Positions 24,450-35,474 of a DNA stretch of 64,000 nucleotides are shown here, piece after piece (position 1 is the first letter of the stretch; each line of letters opens with the position of its first letter). The stretch is from Gekko japonicus. Its lineage: Eukaryota. The notes under the pieces were generated by a model. The model had not been told where the DNA came from. It worked only from the letters and a program-made list of their open reading frames with translations, and searched no databases. The stretch spans positions 568,706 through 632,705 of the forward strand of contig NW_015173705.1 of the NCBI RefSeq assembly GCF_001447785.1, written 5' to 3'. A program made the position numbers and the translations under genes.

Positions 24450-25400
24450 CTGCAAAGAGACGCGAGCATATCAGGCGCGAGACGTGACCCTAGCCCCAGA
24501 CTCGCCCCAGCCAGCCCTCCAGTGTTTCAGGCCGCCGCACAGACACAGCGCCTCCTCTTACCCCCATCACTGAAGTGCAAACAAAGTCCCACCGCGAAAA
24601 TCCTCTACGGGTTCGGGGGCTAAGCAATAAGAACCCCGGACGGGGTTGAAAGAGAACGCAATCAAGACTGCAGAAGCATTTGCTCAAAGGAATCCAGGCA
24701 GCGGCTGCAAAACCTCGCGAGACGTCGGACGGGCTTTCTTCGTCGAGGTTTTGCTACCGTAGTCCGTATTCCATTTTAAAGCACCGTTGCCACAGTGGCA
24801 GCAGCCATCTTTAGCAAGGGCAAGTGGTCGCTTCAGTGTTTGGTATTGTAAGCGATTACTTGCTCTTACGAAAGGAGGCTGGCACCACTGTGGCAACGGT
24901 ACTTTAAAATGGAATACGGATTACGGTGGCCAAGTTCGTCTTTGTACCAGTAGTGGACTTTAGAGGGCGCTCCATTACGGAGCGGGGCGTCCCCCACCAT
25001 CCGACGTGATGACGTCGGATCGCGGAAGTCCCTGCCCAAAACTGCGGCCCCAACAAAGATCACCAGGGACCGCAGCTCTCCCTCCCTTCCGGAGAGATTT
25101 AAAGGAACCACCGATACGGTGGAGGGCCCTTTAAATCTTGGGAGAGGGGAGGCCGCAGGACCCCACTGGACAGAAGCATTTAAAGGGAACCGCTTGGAGA
25201 TCAGGCACGCGGGGTGGTCCAGCTGGGCAGAAGACTTAAAGGAACCCTGGGGAAGCATCTGCCCACCGCATGCCTGATCTCCATGCGGCATTGGCCACTG
25301 GGAGATGAGGCGCGCGGGGCGGGCCGGCTGGGCAGAAGACTTAAAGGAATCCTGAAACAACTTGTGCCATGATCCCAGGCCCCGCCCGCCTGATCTCCCA
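24450..25400. promoter_or_regulatory. CZIB CpG-island promoter
   Basis: CpG-rich. Contains CCTCGCGAGA (BANP/ZBTB33-type) ~24713, GACGTC ~24721, YY1-like GCCATCTT ~24804, TGACGTC ~25010 and ETS CGGAAGT ~25023. Confidence 0.8.
24562..24567 (-). CDS. CZIB: CZIB (C1orf123, CXXC zinc-binding protein) coding exon 1 (MG)
   Basis: ATGGGG|gtaag on the minus strand inside a CpG island; completes the MGKI... N-terminus with exon 2. Confidence 0.85.
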
Positions 25401-26302
25401 GCACTAATGGCAGTGGCAACGGGGGAGGGGTACGAAATGTCCGCCCCCCCTCTGAGCCCTGAGGTGGTGACCTTGGAGTCCTAGGGGCAAATTCCACCTC
25501 TCGCATGTGACGGCCGAGCAGCCATAACTTTTTAAAGAGCCCCTAATAAGACCTAACAAGACTCCTGCCAACCTAGCAGTTCGAAAGCAAGAAATTGCAA
25601 GTAGATAAATAGGTACCACTTCAGTGGGAAGGTAACAGCGTTCTGTGCACCTTGGTGTTTAGTCATGCCGGCCACATGACCATGGAAATGTCTTCGGACA
25701 GCGCTGGATCTTCGGCTTTGAAACAGAGATGAGCACCGCAACCCTAGAGTCGGATTCGACTGGCTTTCGAGCAAGGGAACCTTTACCTTTTTTTAACAAG
25801 ACCTGGGGGAACCAGAATGACCTCTCGTGCGTGATTTGCGCCTAGGACTCCATGGCCACCACCCAGGGCTCAGAGAGGCGGGGGGACATTTCGCGCCCCC
25901 CCCACCACTGCCATTAGCGCTGCTGCCGTGGCCAGAATGACCTCTCACGTGGGGCCATCACACACCAGAGGTGAAACTTGCCCCAAGGACTCCGAGGCCA
26001 CCACCCCGGGGCTCAGAGAGGCGGGGGGGGGACATTTCGCCCCCCCGTTGCCACTGCCATTAGCGCTGCTACCACAGCGGGCACCCATAACTTTTTAAAG
26101 AGCCCCTAACAACACCTGGGGGAGCCAGAATGACCGCTTGCGTGTGAATTTGCCCCTAGGACTCCAAGAATGACCGCTTGCGTGTGAATTTGCCCCTAGG
26201 ACTCCAAGGCCACCACCCCGGGGCTCACATGCAGGGCTCAGCCTGACAAACTGGCATTTATGTCAGATCCAGCCCTTGTAACAAATGAATTTGACACCCT
26301 TG
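25400..26302. repeat. GC-rich internal tandem array ending in a hAT-like right terminus
   Basis: Repeated units (ggactcc..ggccaccacccc..ggctcagagaggcggggggacatttcgc), an exact 40-bp duplication ~26128-26207, and a terminal tttgacacccttg matching the end of 47403-48620. Confidence 0.65.
25562..25793 (+). mobile_element. Sauria SINE, 5'-truncated
   Basis: ctcctgccaacctagcagttcgaaagc...gatgagcaccgc...acctttaccttt; near-identical to the 3' part of 50590-50940. Confidence 0.88.
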
Positions 26303-26650
26303 GTAGTATGTCATCTCTGGTCACCTCAATCTGGTTCAGTTCTTCAGACTCCCTTCCTGCAAATAATGACTGTAGCATGGGTACATGCCCCATACGTTCG
26401 TCCGTGAACACAAAAGCAAAAAAGTTCATTGAGCTGCTCTGCCATCTCTTCATCTTCCTTTAGCAATCCCTTTATTCCCTTGTCATCCAAAGGCCCCACC
26501 TGCTTCTCTGGCTGGTTTCCTGCTCTGGATATATTTAATTTTTTGTGTGTGTTTTAATTGATGGTTTTAGCAACCCACTCCTCAAAATCCCTTTTTGCAA
26601 GCCTAATTATTGACTTACATTTCTTCTGCCACTGCCCGTGGTCCCTCCTG
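26303..26650 (-). mobile_element. CR1 LINE ORF2 fragment
   Basis: Minus-strand translation ...NFFAFVFTDE...ESEELNQIEVTRDDIL resembles the CR1 pre-RT region. Confidence 0.7.
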
Positions 26651-26911
26651 TTCAATTTATACTTACTATCTAACACTGTCGAACCCCATTAGATATTTTT
26701 ATGTATTCAACACTGAGTATAGAAAATTACCAAGTATAATCCACTCAGTGCAAATATATATCAAAATGCAATTTAAAAAATTTCAAACCACAGCAAAGGT
26801 TTTACCGCTCAAATTAAGAAGCCACCCCTCCAATTAAAATAAATGCTGAATATACTTCTAAGATCACAGTTTTGATTACAAACACTTCCTAAATAAAAAG
26901 ACATTTTAGCA

Positions 26912-26917
26912 TTTATT
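26912..26917 (-). terminator. Probable MAGOH polyadenylation signal
   Basis: AATAAA on the minus strand ~100 nt after the stop codon. Confidence 0.55.
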
Positions 26918-27013
26918 AAATTCACCCTATACAAACGGATATACATAAAAGTCATTTAATAAAAGACACAAGGAATGACAGGAAATTTTACAGTACAAAC
27001 TTAACCATACAAT

Positions 27014-27113
27014 TTAAATTGGCTTAATTTTGAAGTGCAATCCAATAAGACTGAAGACTAGACACTTGAGGTCCTGGACAAGGTAGTAAAACACTCTTAG
27101 ACCCTCTGGATCC
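27014..27113 (-). CDS. MAGOH: MAGOH exon 5 (last)
   Basis: tttcag| [32 protein letters not shown]; total CDS 441 bp = 146 aa. Confidence 0.97.
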
Positions 27114-27834
27114 CTGAAATGTAAAAGAAAAAAAAAGATTCACCATTTAGAGTCAGAATCTTAGACACAATGTAAAATACAACAAGAGAAAGCCTCCTAC
27201 AACTGATCCAAACTACAATTTATCAAAAGCATCTTTAGGCCTGGCTCTTAGTAGCTGGGAACAACCAAAATGAGGCAATTATACATTACTGTTTTTCAAA
27301 AGAGGGGAGGCAGCAAGAAATAATGAAATGACATGGCTGAGATCTACTCAACTGCTAGTAGATGAGAATTCAACTAAGAACAGCAAATCCAACACTCAAT
27401 TTTCACTGCTGCAGCCCAAAAGGAGAGAGTAATGCAGCATATTAGGCAAGGCAACTAGGGCAAAGTTGTAGAGCTGCTGTCCTCATCAGTGTCTTAAACC
27501 CCTGCTTTCCTGCATGATTCTGTTAAGAACTCCTTTATGATCCCATGCTTGAAGTCCTGGCTTCAGAGTCTGTGTGATGGTTTTGTAGATAAGCGTAAGA
27601 TCAGAACGATTACGCAATCATTTTAACATTGTCACATTCTGGCGAGCAAAACCTATTGAACAACATGTGAATTACTTCTGAGTTAACCTGCTTAGGACTG
27701 CTCCCTGTGATCCTTCCTACAATGGGTCATTAATAGGTTTTGGTTATAGGTTTCAGTTTGTAGTCTTGGAAACAAGCTTTCAAAACTCTTTAGAAAGAAG
27801 CTTAACTTAGCCAGTCCATTAAAATACCACTTAC

Positions 27835-27917
27835 TTGGACTGATTTACATCAATGAGAGAACCAATTTTTGATGTGGTGAAGGATATGTGTTCATCACCG
27901 ATTACAATCTCAAGCTC
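27835..27917 (-). CDS. MAGOH: MAGOH exon 4
   Basis: ttctag| ELEIVIGDEHISFTTSKIGSLIDVNQS(K) |gtaagt; 83 bp. Confidence 0.97.
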
Positions 27918-28188
27918 CTAGAAAAATAAGTTGAAGTCATGAAATAAAGCTGCTTTATCATATACTGCCTTAAATATCCAATGATAATATCCCTACCTTC
28001 CCTATAAGCAGGCTCAAGCCTAGAATAAGATGTATCATTCAAGAGGCTTGGATCTACTACCGCTTATTTACAAGATAATTAGTTTATAAATTAAGTGCTA
28101 CACACACATACACAAACAAATATACACAGTTGATGTACAACAGTCTCAAAGTAAAGATATTTGTACTTAAATCAGGAAATGTGCTAAC

Positions 28189-28299
28189 CTGCCGACCAAC
28201 TCTGTCAGGTGGTGGCCATAGTGCATCATCTTCTTTCGTAATTTCACTGTCGTCAATTATCCGCTTCAGCTCTTCCATCACACTTTTGTGGACGTATGC
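28189..28299 (-). CDS. MAGOH: MAGOH exon 3
   Basis: tatag| [37 protein letters not shown] |gttag; 111 bp. Confidence 0.97.
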
Positions 28300-28823
28300 C
28301 TATAAACATGTAAATATATGCATCAATTCTTTAGTAAGATAATCTATATACAAAGACAAAAACAGTATTATTTATCCACTATCTTTTCTTTTTACCCATT
28401 TGTGTCACTACCCACTGAAATGGCATATGGGAGGGATATATTGGGCATATATTGCCCTGACAAGAGAATCTTCAGACTCGGTACTGCATGCAACTTTTGG
28501 AGACCAGAGATAGACAATTTATGATACAAATTTCCCATATAAGTGTAATGTAGTAGAAAGTTCATTTCCTATCACACGGTTTTTAATGTGCACAGAGAAA
28601 CCGCAACATGAAATATTACAAACTATAATATTTTTCAGTGACAGTTAAAATATTCTATGTTTTCTGCATTTAGGAATATTAGGAATTATATATATTTATA
28701 TACAACTTTCCCAGTTATATATAATTCATACATCCAGTAATATGCCAAGGTTTGTACATGTGTTTTGTTTGGATTCAAGATTCACATATCTATAGACTAT
28801 GGATAATGTTAGAGTTAACTTAC

Positions 28824-28882
28824 CTCTTTTCTTATCATTACATCATTTTTATAATTGCTGTTGTTGGCGTATCTGAGTTTTC
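28824..28882 (-). CDS. MAGOH: MAGOH exon 2
   Basis: aacag| (G)[19 protein letters not shown] |gtaagt; 59 bp. Confidence 0.97.
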
Positions 28883-30112
28883 CTGTTGAAACATACAAAT
28901 AACTAATTCAGGTATCATACAAAGCAAGATCTGGCTTCCTTTTAATGTGATCATCATCACTATTAACCTGGAATCAACTAAACCAGATCTATATTCACAT
29001 ATCAAGACTGGAAAAGGCGATAGAATAAGACGTTATTCCCTAACCAGAGAAAACCAAGTTATCATTTATTTCTTCACCTCTAAAAGGACTGTCTACTCCC
29101 TTACAAACCCACCTGACCAGTACAGTCATCTTCCTGCTTTGGGTGTCCCCATCTTCTGAGATTGGTGGTGGCATCATAACTCTGGAACTATTTTCTCAGG
29201 AAGACTCATCTGTCCCCTTTGGTTGGATGAAGTCTGTTTTGCTTTGTCTGGCATTCCCTCAGTGATCCCTCCTTCCTGTGTTTCAATTGTTGTTTGTATG
29301 GTTGTGTACACATGTTTTAGTTTTGTCTTTAATGTTTTGAAGATGTATACTATAATGCTTATTTTAGTCATCAGCTGCCTTGGTGGCCCTGCTCAGGGCA
29401 GGAAGGCATGATATAAGACTTGTACATAAATAATAAATAAAACGCCTCTCTCCTTGGGCATTACAGTCATGAAGTTCTTGTTCCTCTACCACCTGGGTGC
29501 AGTGATGTGTGTCTGGAGCAGGAAATCAGTAGAAATTGCCAATTTAGCCTGGTTCCAACAGTCTATGTTAGCCTCTCCAGGAGATGCCCATTTCCGTAGT
29601 CCTTTATCTTGCTTACAAAGACACTATGATCCAGGTTAAGGGAAACATTTTGGATAGGGCAGGCTCTTCAGGCAGCCAACTACCTGCCACTTCCACAGTA
29701 GGGTTCCTTCTTTTCTCATGACTTCTGCTTGTCTGCTTAGCTGCTTTCACCCTCCCCCCTTTACTGCACTCTTCTGTGAATTGAGCCATTGCCAGTAAGG
29801 GCCAAGCAGGTTTTCTTGCAATTGCCTTTACCCTACTAGGGTTTTCTTGTGACATCCTGGCTCAGTCCGACACCATTCATCATCCAGCCTTAGGCTTCCT
29901 CCATGCTGTTCCTCCCTTCTCCTGTGGCAAGCTACAAACACCATCTCATCTTTTTTCCCGCGGGAAACAACAAACTGGCGTCTCTGTTCACTTCCAGCCA
30001 GAGGCTCCCCACCACCGTCACCAAGCGCCCTTCCCCTCTCCCGGAGGAAGCCCTCCCTTGCCTCTCAGTTCCGCCCTCAAAGTCTGAAACTGCAACCCAG
30101 CTTGTGCCTTAC

Positions 30113-30200
30113 CGTCCGGCCGGAATTCGAACTCAAGAAACTCGTGCCCGAACTTCCCCTTGTGCCCGACATAATACCGCAGGTAGAAATCACTCGCCAT
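30113..30200 (-). CDS. MAGOH: Mago nashi homolog (exon junction complex core), coding exon 1
   Basis: [29 protein letters not shown]+G |gtaag; 88 bp. Confidence 0.98.
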
Positions 30201-30900
30201 GACCACACTTGCGCACCGACCCGCCGAAAGACCAGCAATCACCGGGCACAAAGCGTTCAGCTTGTGCGCGGGCGCACAAAATGTACGTCACTGAGAGAAT
30301 GCGCACGCGCAGGTCGGAAACCGAACCATGCAATCGTCGCTCGCTTGTACGCGAGTAGATTACAAAAAGGCTAGCGCTACACCGGATGGAAGCTTTTACT
30401 AGCAGTTCCGGTTTATACATGATTGGTTTTTCACGCAATTCTCCAAAGTAGGGTATTTACCATGGAGATGCCGAGGCCTAGAGTGATGCCACTCGTTAAA
30501 AACGCTTGACCAACGGCGGCGTTTATATTTTACCGGAAGTTCAGGCTTTACAGTCACTCTGTTATTTTTATCTTTGTGGAATGTAAGCGGTTCACAAAAG
30601 AGGCGTGGCGAGGAGCTGAACGAGCCTTAAAGGAAACGCAGACAGGGAGAGGTAAAAAGGGAAGAAAAGTGGGCGAGGCGAAGAGAAAGAGCATCTTCGG
30701 GCCTTGGTTGCTATCCATATGTTGTTGTTAGCTCCTCTGTATGAACGCTAATGTCTTGCAAAAGTTCAGCGAAGCCGAAGGCTGCCAAATTAGCAGACCC
30801 AGACCTCAGATGACGGTCGCAAAACTCGGGGGAAAAGATAATTTAGTATTTCCGTTCTATGAGATCTGTAAGGCTTTCTATAAGATCCGCTCACAAATTT
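30200..30900. promoter_or_regulatory. MAGOH CpG-island promoter
   Basis: TACGTCA ~30284, NRF1-like TGCGCACGCGCA 30300-30311, CCAAT (gattgg) 30421, ETS CCGGAAGT 30533-30540. Confidence 0.8.
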
Positions 30901-31130
30901 ATTTATAAAATTTGTACCCTGTCTTTCTGACCTGATCAGGGCCCGGCCACTAAGGTGGTGAACAGCTTCAAAACATATAACGTATTATAAAATACATCTT
31001 AAAAGCCATTAAAGCCAAACAGAAACACATCATTAAAACACTTAAAACTAGGCTAGAGTACATATGCAGCACCATAAAACACACATAAACAAAAATGGCA
31101 GTTAAAACATTGGGCAGGAGGAGGGGATCA
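30900..31130 (-). mobile_element. L2-like LINE 3' tail
   Basis: Reverse complement of the AT-rich tail shared with 29220-29440, 44580-44780 and 52250-52490. Confidence 0.55.
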
Positions 31131-32621
31131 CTGAGGGAATACCAGGGGGGACACGAGACTTCACCTGCTGGCAGAGGATAGCAACAAAGGGGACCGGCAT
31201 GTGCCTCTGTCTGGGGATACCATTCCAGAGTATCAAGACCAAAGCAAAGATATCCTTTCCAAAGGACACCTCTACACGTGCTCAACTGTATTCTCACAGA
31301 ACATGTCTAAGAGATTTCTAGGCTGCGTTAAAAATGTACAAACCATGTTCCTAGAAAATAACACTGGTTTTGCAGCTCTCAGCCTCCTTCGAAGACTTTG
31401 AGTCGATGTCCTATCAAAAATGCAAGAATTTTTCAGATGGTGTCACAAAGTGTCTGACAATGGAGCTAGTGTCACCCAGGGGTGGGGTGGGGGGAGTTCT
31501 ATTAATTTAGGGAGGGTTGCCAAGAACAGCCCACCACCAGCAACGCTGAAGTGATGGTGAGTCTCAAGACTGAGCAGGTGGAAGTGGTTCTTTGGTAATT
31601 TTGGTTCCAAGCTGTTAAGCAGTTTAAGAGCTAAAAGCAGCACTTTTGAATTGGGTTCAGAAATAAGCTGAAAGCCAGTGTCAGTGGACTGTATATGATT
31701 AGTTAGATGCTTATTATGTGCCTGACTTTACTTCTACTGCTCAAGATATGTTATCTCTCCCTTATATATAAAGCCATAGTGGGCTCCAATGTTCCAAAAT
31801 GCACACCTTTAGTGTTTGGCCGCAAGAACTGTCAGAAGACGCTGGCTGGGTTGACTGGCTGCTTTGTGCAGTCCCGCCCAGTGTTTCAAGGTCTTTTGCA
31901 TATGGAAGCTGATTGGACTTCACTCCATTCTGCACCTCAACCCCCCCCCCCCGCAAGGCAGTTGGAATTGCCAGTTGCATATGGAACCTACTGTATTCTG
32001 AGGTAAAATATGTCCTCACAACACATCATTTCCCCTTCAAAAGAAACAAACCCAATAACACAATCATGCCACATCACAAAGAAGACAGATCACACCACAA
32101 GCAGAATATCACAAGGCAAAAAAAGATAGGAAAAGGTGCCAGCAATCACCCCATTACTGCCACAGAGAGCGCTTCAGAGGATGGTGTGCAGGTCCCAGGT
32201 TCATGTTTTAAAAGCTGCCTGGGGGATTCTGGACCATTCACACACTTTCAACCTTATCATACCTCATAGGGTAGTTGTGCGGATCATACGGGGGAGAGGA
32301 TACTGATGTCAGCTGCTTTGGTTCCCACTGCAGGGAAAGACTGCCCTTTCCCTAGGCAGAGGCTGGGGGGGGGGATGTAAACCTAAAGACAGACAGGCAG
32401 ATAAAGTAGGCTGATGGTTGCCTGGAAAGGACATAGGGTTGCCAACTCCAGGTTGGAAACTTCCAGGATATTTCAGGGATGCAGCCTGATGTGGGTGGGG
32501 TCTGAGGAGGAGGAGGAAGAGGGGGACCTCAGACAGATACAATGCCATACTCCCCACCCTCCAAACAAGCTGTTGCCAGTCTCCAGGTGACAGCTGGAGA
32601 GCTCTTAAAGCTCTGGTGCTA

Positions 32622-33333
32622 NNNNNNNNNNNNNNNNNNNNNNNNNNNNNNNNNNNNNNNNNNNNNNNNNNNNNNNNNNNNNNNNNNNNNNNNNNNNNNN
32701 NNNNNNNNNNNNNNNNNNNNNNNNNNNNNNNNNNNNNNNNNNNNNNNNNNNNNNNNNNNNNNNNNNNNNNNNNNNNNNNNNNNNNNNNNNNNNNNNNNNN
32801 NNNNNNNNNNNNNNNNNNNNNNNNNNNNNNNNNNNNNNNNNNNNNNNNNNNNNNNNNNNNNNNNNNNNNNNNNNNNNNNNNNNNNNNNNNNNNNNNNNNN
32901 NNNNNNNNNNNNNNNNNNNNNNNNNNNNNNNNNNNNNNNNNNNNNNNNNNNNNNNNNNNNNNNNNNNNNNNNNNNNNNNNNNNNNNNNNNNNNNNNNNNN
33001 NNNNNNNNNNNNNNNNNNNNNNNNNNNNNNNNNNNNNNNNNNNNNNNNNNNNNNNNNNNNNNNNNNNNNNNNNNNNNNNNNNNNNNNNNNNNNNNNNNNN
33101 NNNNNNNNNNNNNNNNNNNNNNNNNNNNNNNNNNNNNNNNNNNNNNNNNNNNNNNNNNNNNNNNNNNNNNNNNNNNNNNNNNNNNNNNNNNNNNNNNNNN
33201 NNNNNNNNNNNNNNNNNNNNNNNNNNNNNNNNNNNNNNNNNNNNNNNNNNNNNNNNNNNNNNNNNNNNNNNNNNNNNNNNNNNNNNNNNNNNNNNNNNNN
33301 NNNNNNNNNNNNNNNNNNNNNNNNNNNNNNNNN
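32622..33333. other. Assembly gap
   Basis: Run of N, flanked by TAGGGTTGCCA-family repeat sequence. Confidence 1.
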
Positions 33334-34739
33334 CCCCCCGCCCAATGCTGCCCTCTACAGAATCCACCCCCCAAATCTCCAGGAGGTACTTTACCTCCTT
33401 CCAGCCTATGCATTCGTTACAAATCACATCTTTCTAGATCTCGTTGTATTGCTTTCACAACAAGCTTTACTGCTAGTTTCTTATATATGCCATAAATCTA
33501 TAATAGATGCTTATTATAGCTCAAAAAGCCTGCTGCACATTCAAATGCATTTGCTCAGAAGCACTTTAGCCTTAAACCCCCTTTCTTTCACCCTTTTCGA
33601 GAATTATTTTGCACAGGAGAAACGGTGCTGGGCACATTGTTCAGAGCCATTCAGCCTAAGGTACAAGAACATTCTTTGGTTTTTTTAAGTCAATAACCTT
33701 TTATTAGGTACCAACTTTCTGAGCATAGCCATGCAGTGATGGCAAATGCTATGTGTTTTTTTCCCCCCTACATGTTGGCAAATGTTAATGACACCAGAGT
33801 CCTGAAAGGGGAATTCTGGCACTCCTACCAATCACTGTCCAGCCAGAACACCAGAACTGTTTATATACTTAGGCACAAGAACACCGATGGTGTAACATGG
33901 CTTCTAGACAGTGACCCTAGTAGTCGCTTTGACTAATGTGGGAGTCTAATAGGAATAATCCACATTAAATTAGTAATTGCCCTGAGGGCTGTACAGACCG
34001 TACAAGGCACCTTTTTGTGTGTGGGGGTGTGTGACTGGTAAAATCCCTAGTGGTGAAATTGTGAGGTTGATCCATGGTGATTTAGAGCTTCTGCCATCAA
34101 TTGGGTTTTTATCCAGCTCCTCTGCCAAGGAGCTCAGGGTTGCATACACAGCCCTTTCTCCCCTTTTTGTCCTCATAAAACCTTTCAAGATGTGAGAGCT
34201 AAAGACTAACTTGAGATCACCCAGTGAGCTTTTTAGTAGAGGTGGTATCTGAAACTCTTGTATCCTTTTCTGACATTTATTACTATACCATGGTGGAGGT
34301 GTAGTGATCAGCGTAATAAATGTCCCAGTTATATGTTAGCTATTTTGCACTCTCCACATGCAGTTTCAACTATTTGGATACATTACAGGGGCAGAGAAGA
34401 AAGCTGAACTTGTGTCTAAACCTGTCTGTCTCCCCCCTTAGAAAAGCAGCTGTGCATTGACGCTCACAAGCAGGACGCCCCAAATCCTCATCCACGGATG
34501 AGCTACAAAGAAAGAACAATGCTTGAATATCTCGTCTGTATTGATTTAACATGCAATCTTAACATGCCAGTCTTAGCTGGCTAGCATATTAATTCTGTGT
34601 AGCATATTGGACCAGTGCCAAGAATTGGAGTTCAGCTATTATTTCTAACAGAGATTGCCATGAAGGATAAGCAAATGTTTTTACTGGCAATGTTTGACAG
34701 ATGAGAATTAAATGCAAACCCTTGGAAAAACAAACTCTG

Positions 34740-35160
34740 GCCCCAGTCACACGGGAGGTTTTGGGCTGGAAGAGGGATGGATCGGGGGCGCAGCAAACGG
34801 GCGCAATCTCACCGCAACTTCTGGGAATCGGCGCGCACCCGTCCCCGATCCGTCCCTACGTCCCAGTGCTGTGGAGCAAAAAAAACCCAAGTAAAGAGAA
34901 GGACTTACCTGAAACGCCGCAGCAAGCGTGGCCGTGGGATCGGCGGTGAGTCTGTCGTCAGGAGCATTCGAGGCTCCTGGCCAAACTGTGCATGCGCATG
35001 CATAGCCGCCTTGGTCTCCCGTCGGTGGCTTCCTCCCCGGGAGCAACTGCGCGGCGGCTCAGGGGATCTGTGTGATCCCGCCGCCGCGTGTCTCTTTTGG
35101 TGCAGCTCTAAAAGGCCACACTTTGGCCGTGTTTTTTCCTGCCGTGTGGCAGGGGCCTCT
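34740..35160. promoter_or_regulatory. Orphan CpG island with NRF1 palindrome
   Basis: CpG-dense; TGCATGCGCATGCA 34989-35002; perfect CAG|GTAAGT donor on the minus strand at 34909/34908. Confidence 0.6.
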
Positions 35161-35474
35161 AAAAAGCAACTCTGACATCCATAGAAAAATTGTTTAGTGA
35201 AGCATATCAAACACTTCAGGGAAGCCTTACTAAAATCCAAGGCACTATTATCTAATATTTTCATTAATTTGAACTTCTGTTAATTGCTTCTGGGTTTTTC
35301 TTGCATAAGTGTTTTGAACTGATGTGGGCCTTTGATTGTTGGTTTATGGATGGAATTAAAAATTACACTGCACTAATCTATTTACAAATGTAGCTGTCAT
35401 CAATACATAAATAGTGAAGATTGTCCCATTCTTATCTTGTTTCTTGTTTTTAATCAGTTATCCATATAGAAGAT

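Noticed and set aside
25800-26230. CRISPR-like repeat-spacer array
   Set aside because: Vertebrate DNA; whole units are duplicated with no unique spacers and no cas genes.
30201-30251. N-terminal extension of MAGOH in the ORF track
   Set aside because: Starts at a non-ATG codon; the conserved start is the ATG at 30200.
32309-33495. Long ORFs of 246-372 aa
   Set aside because: Artefacts of the N gap (poly-X).
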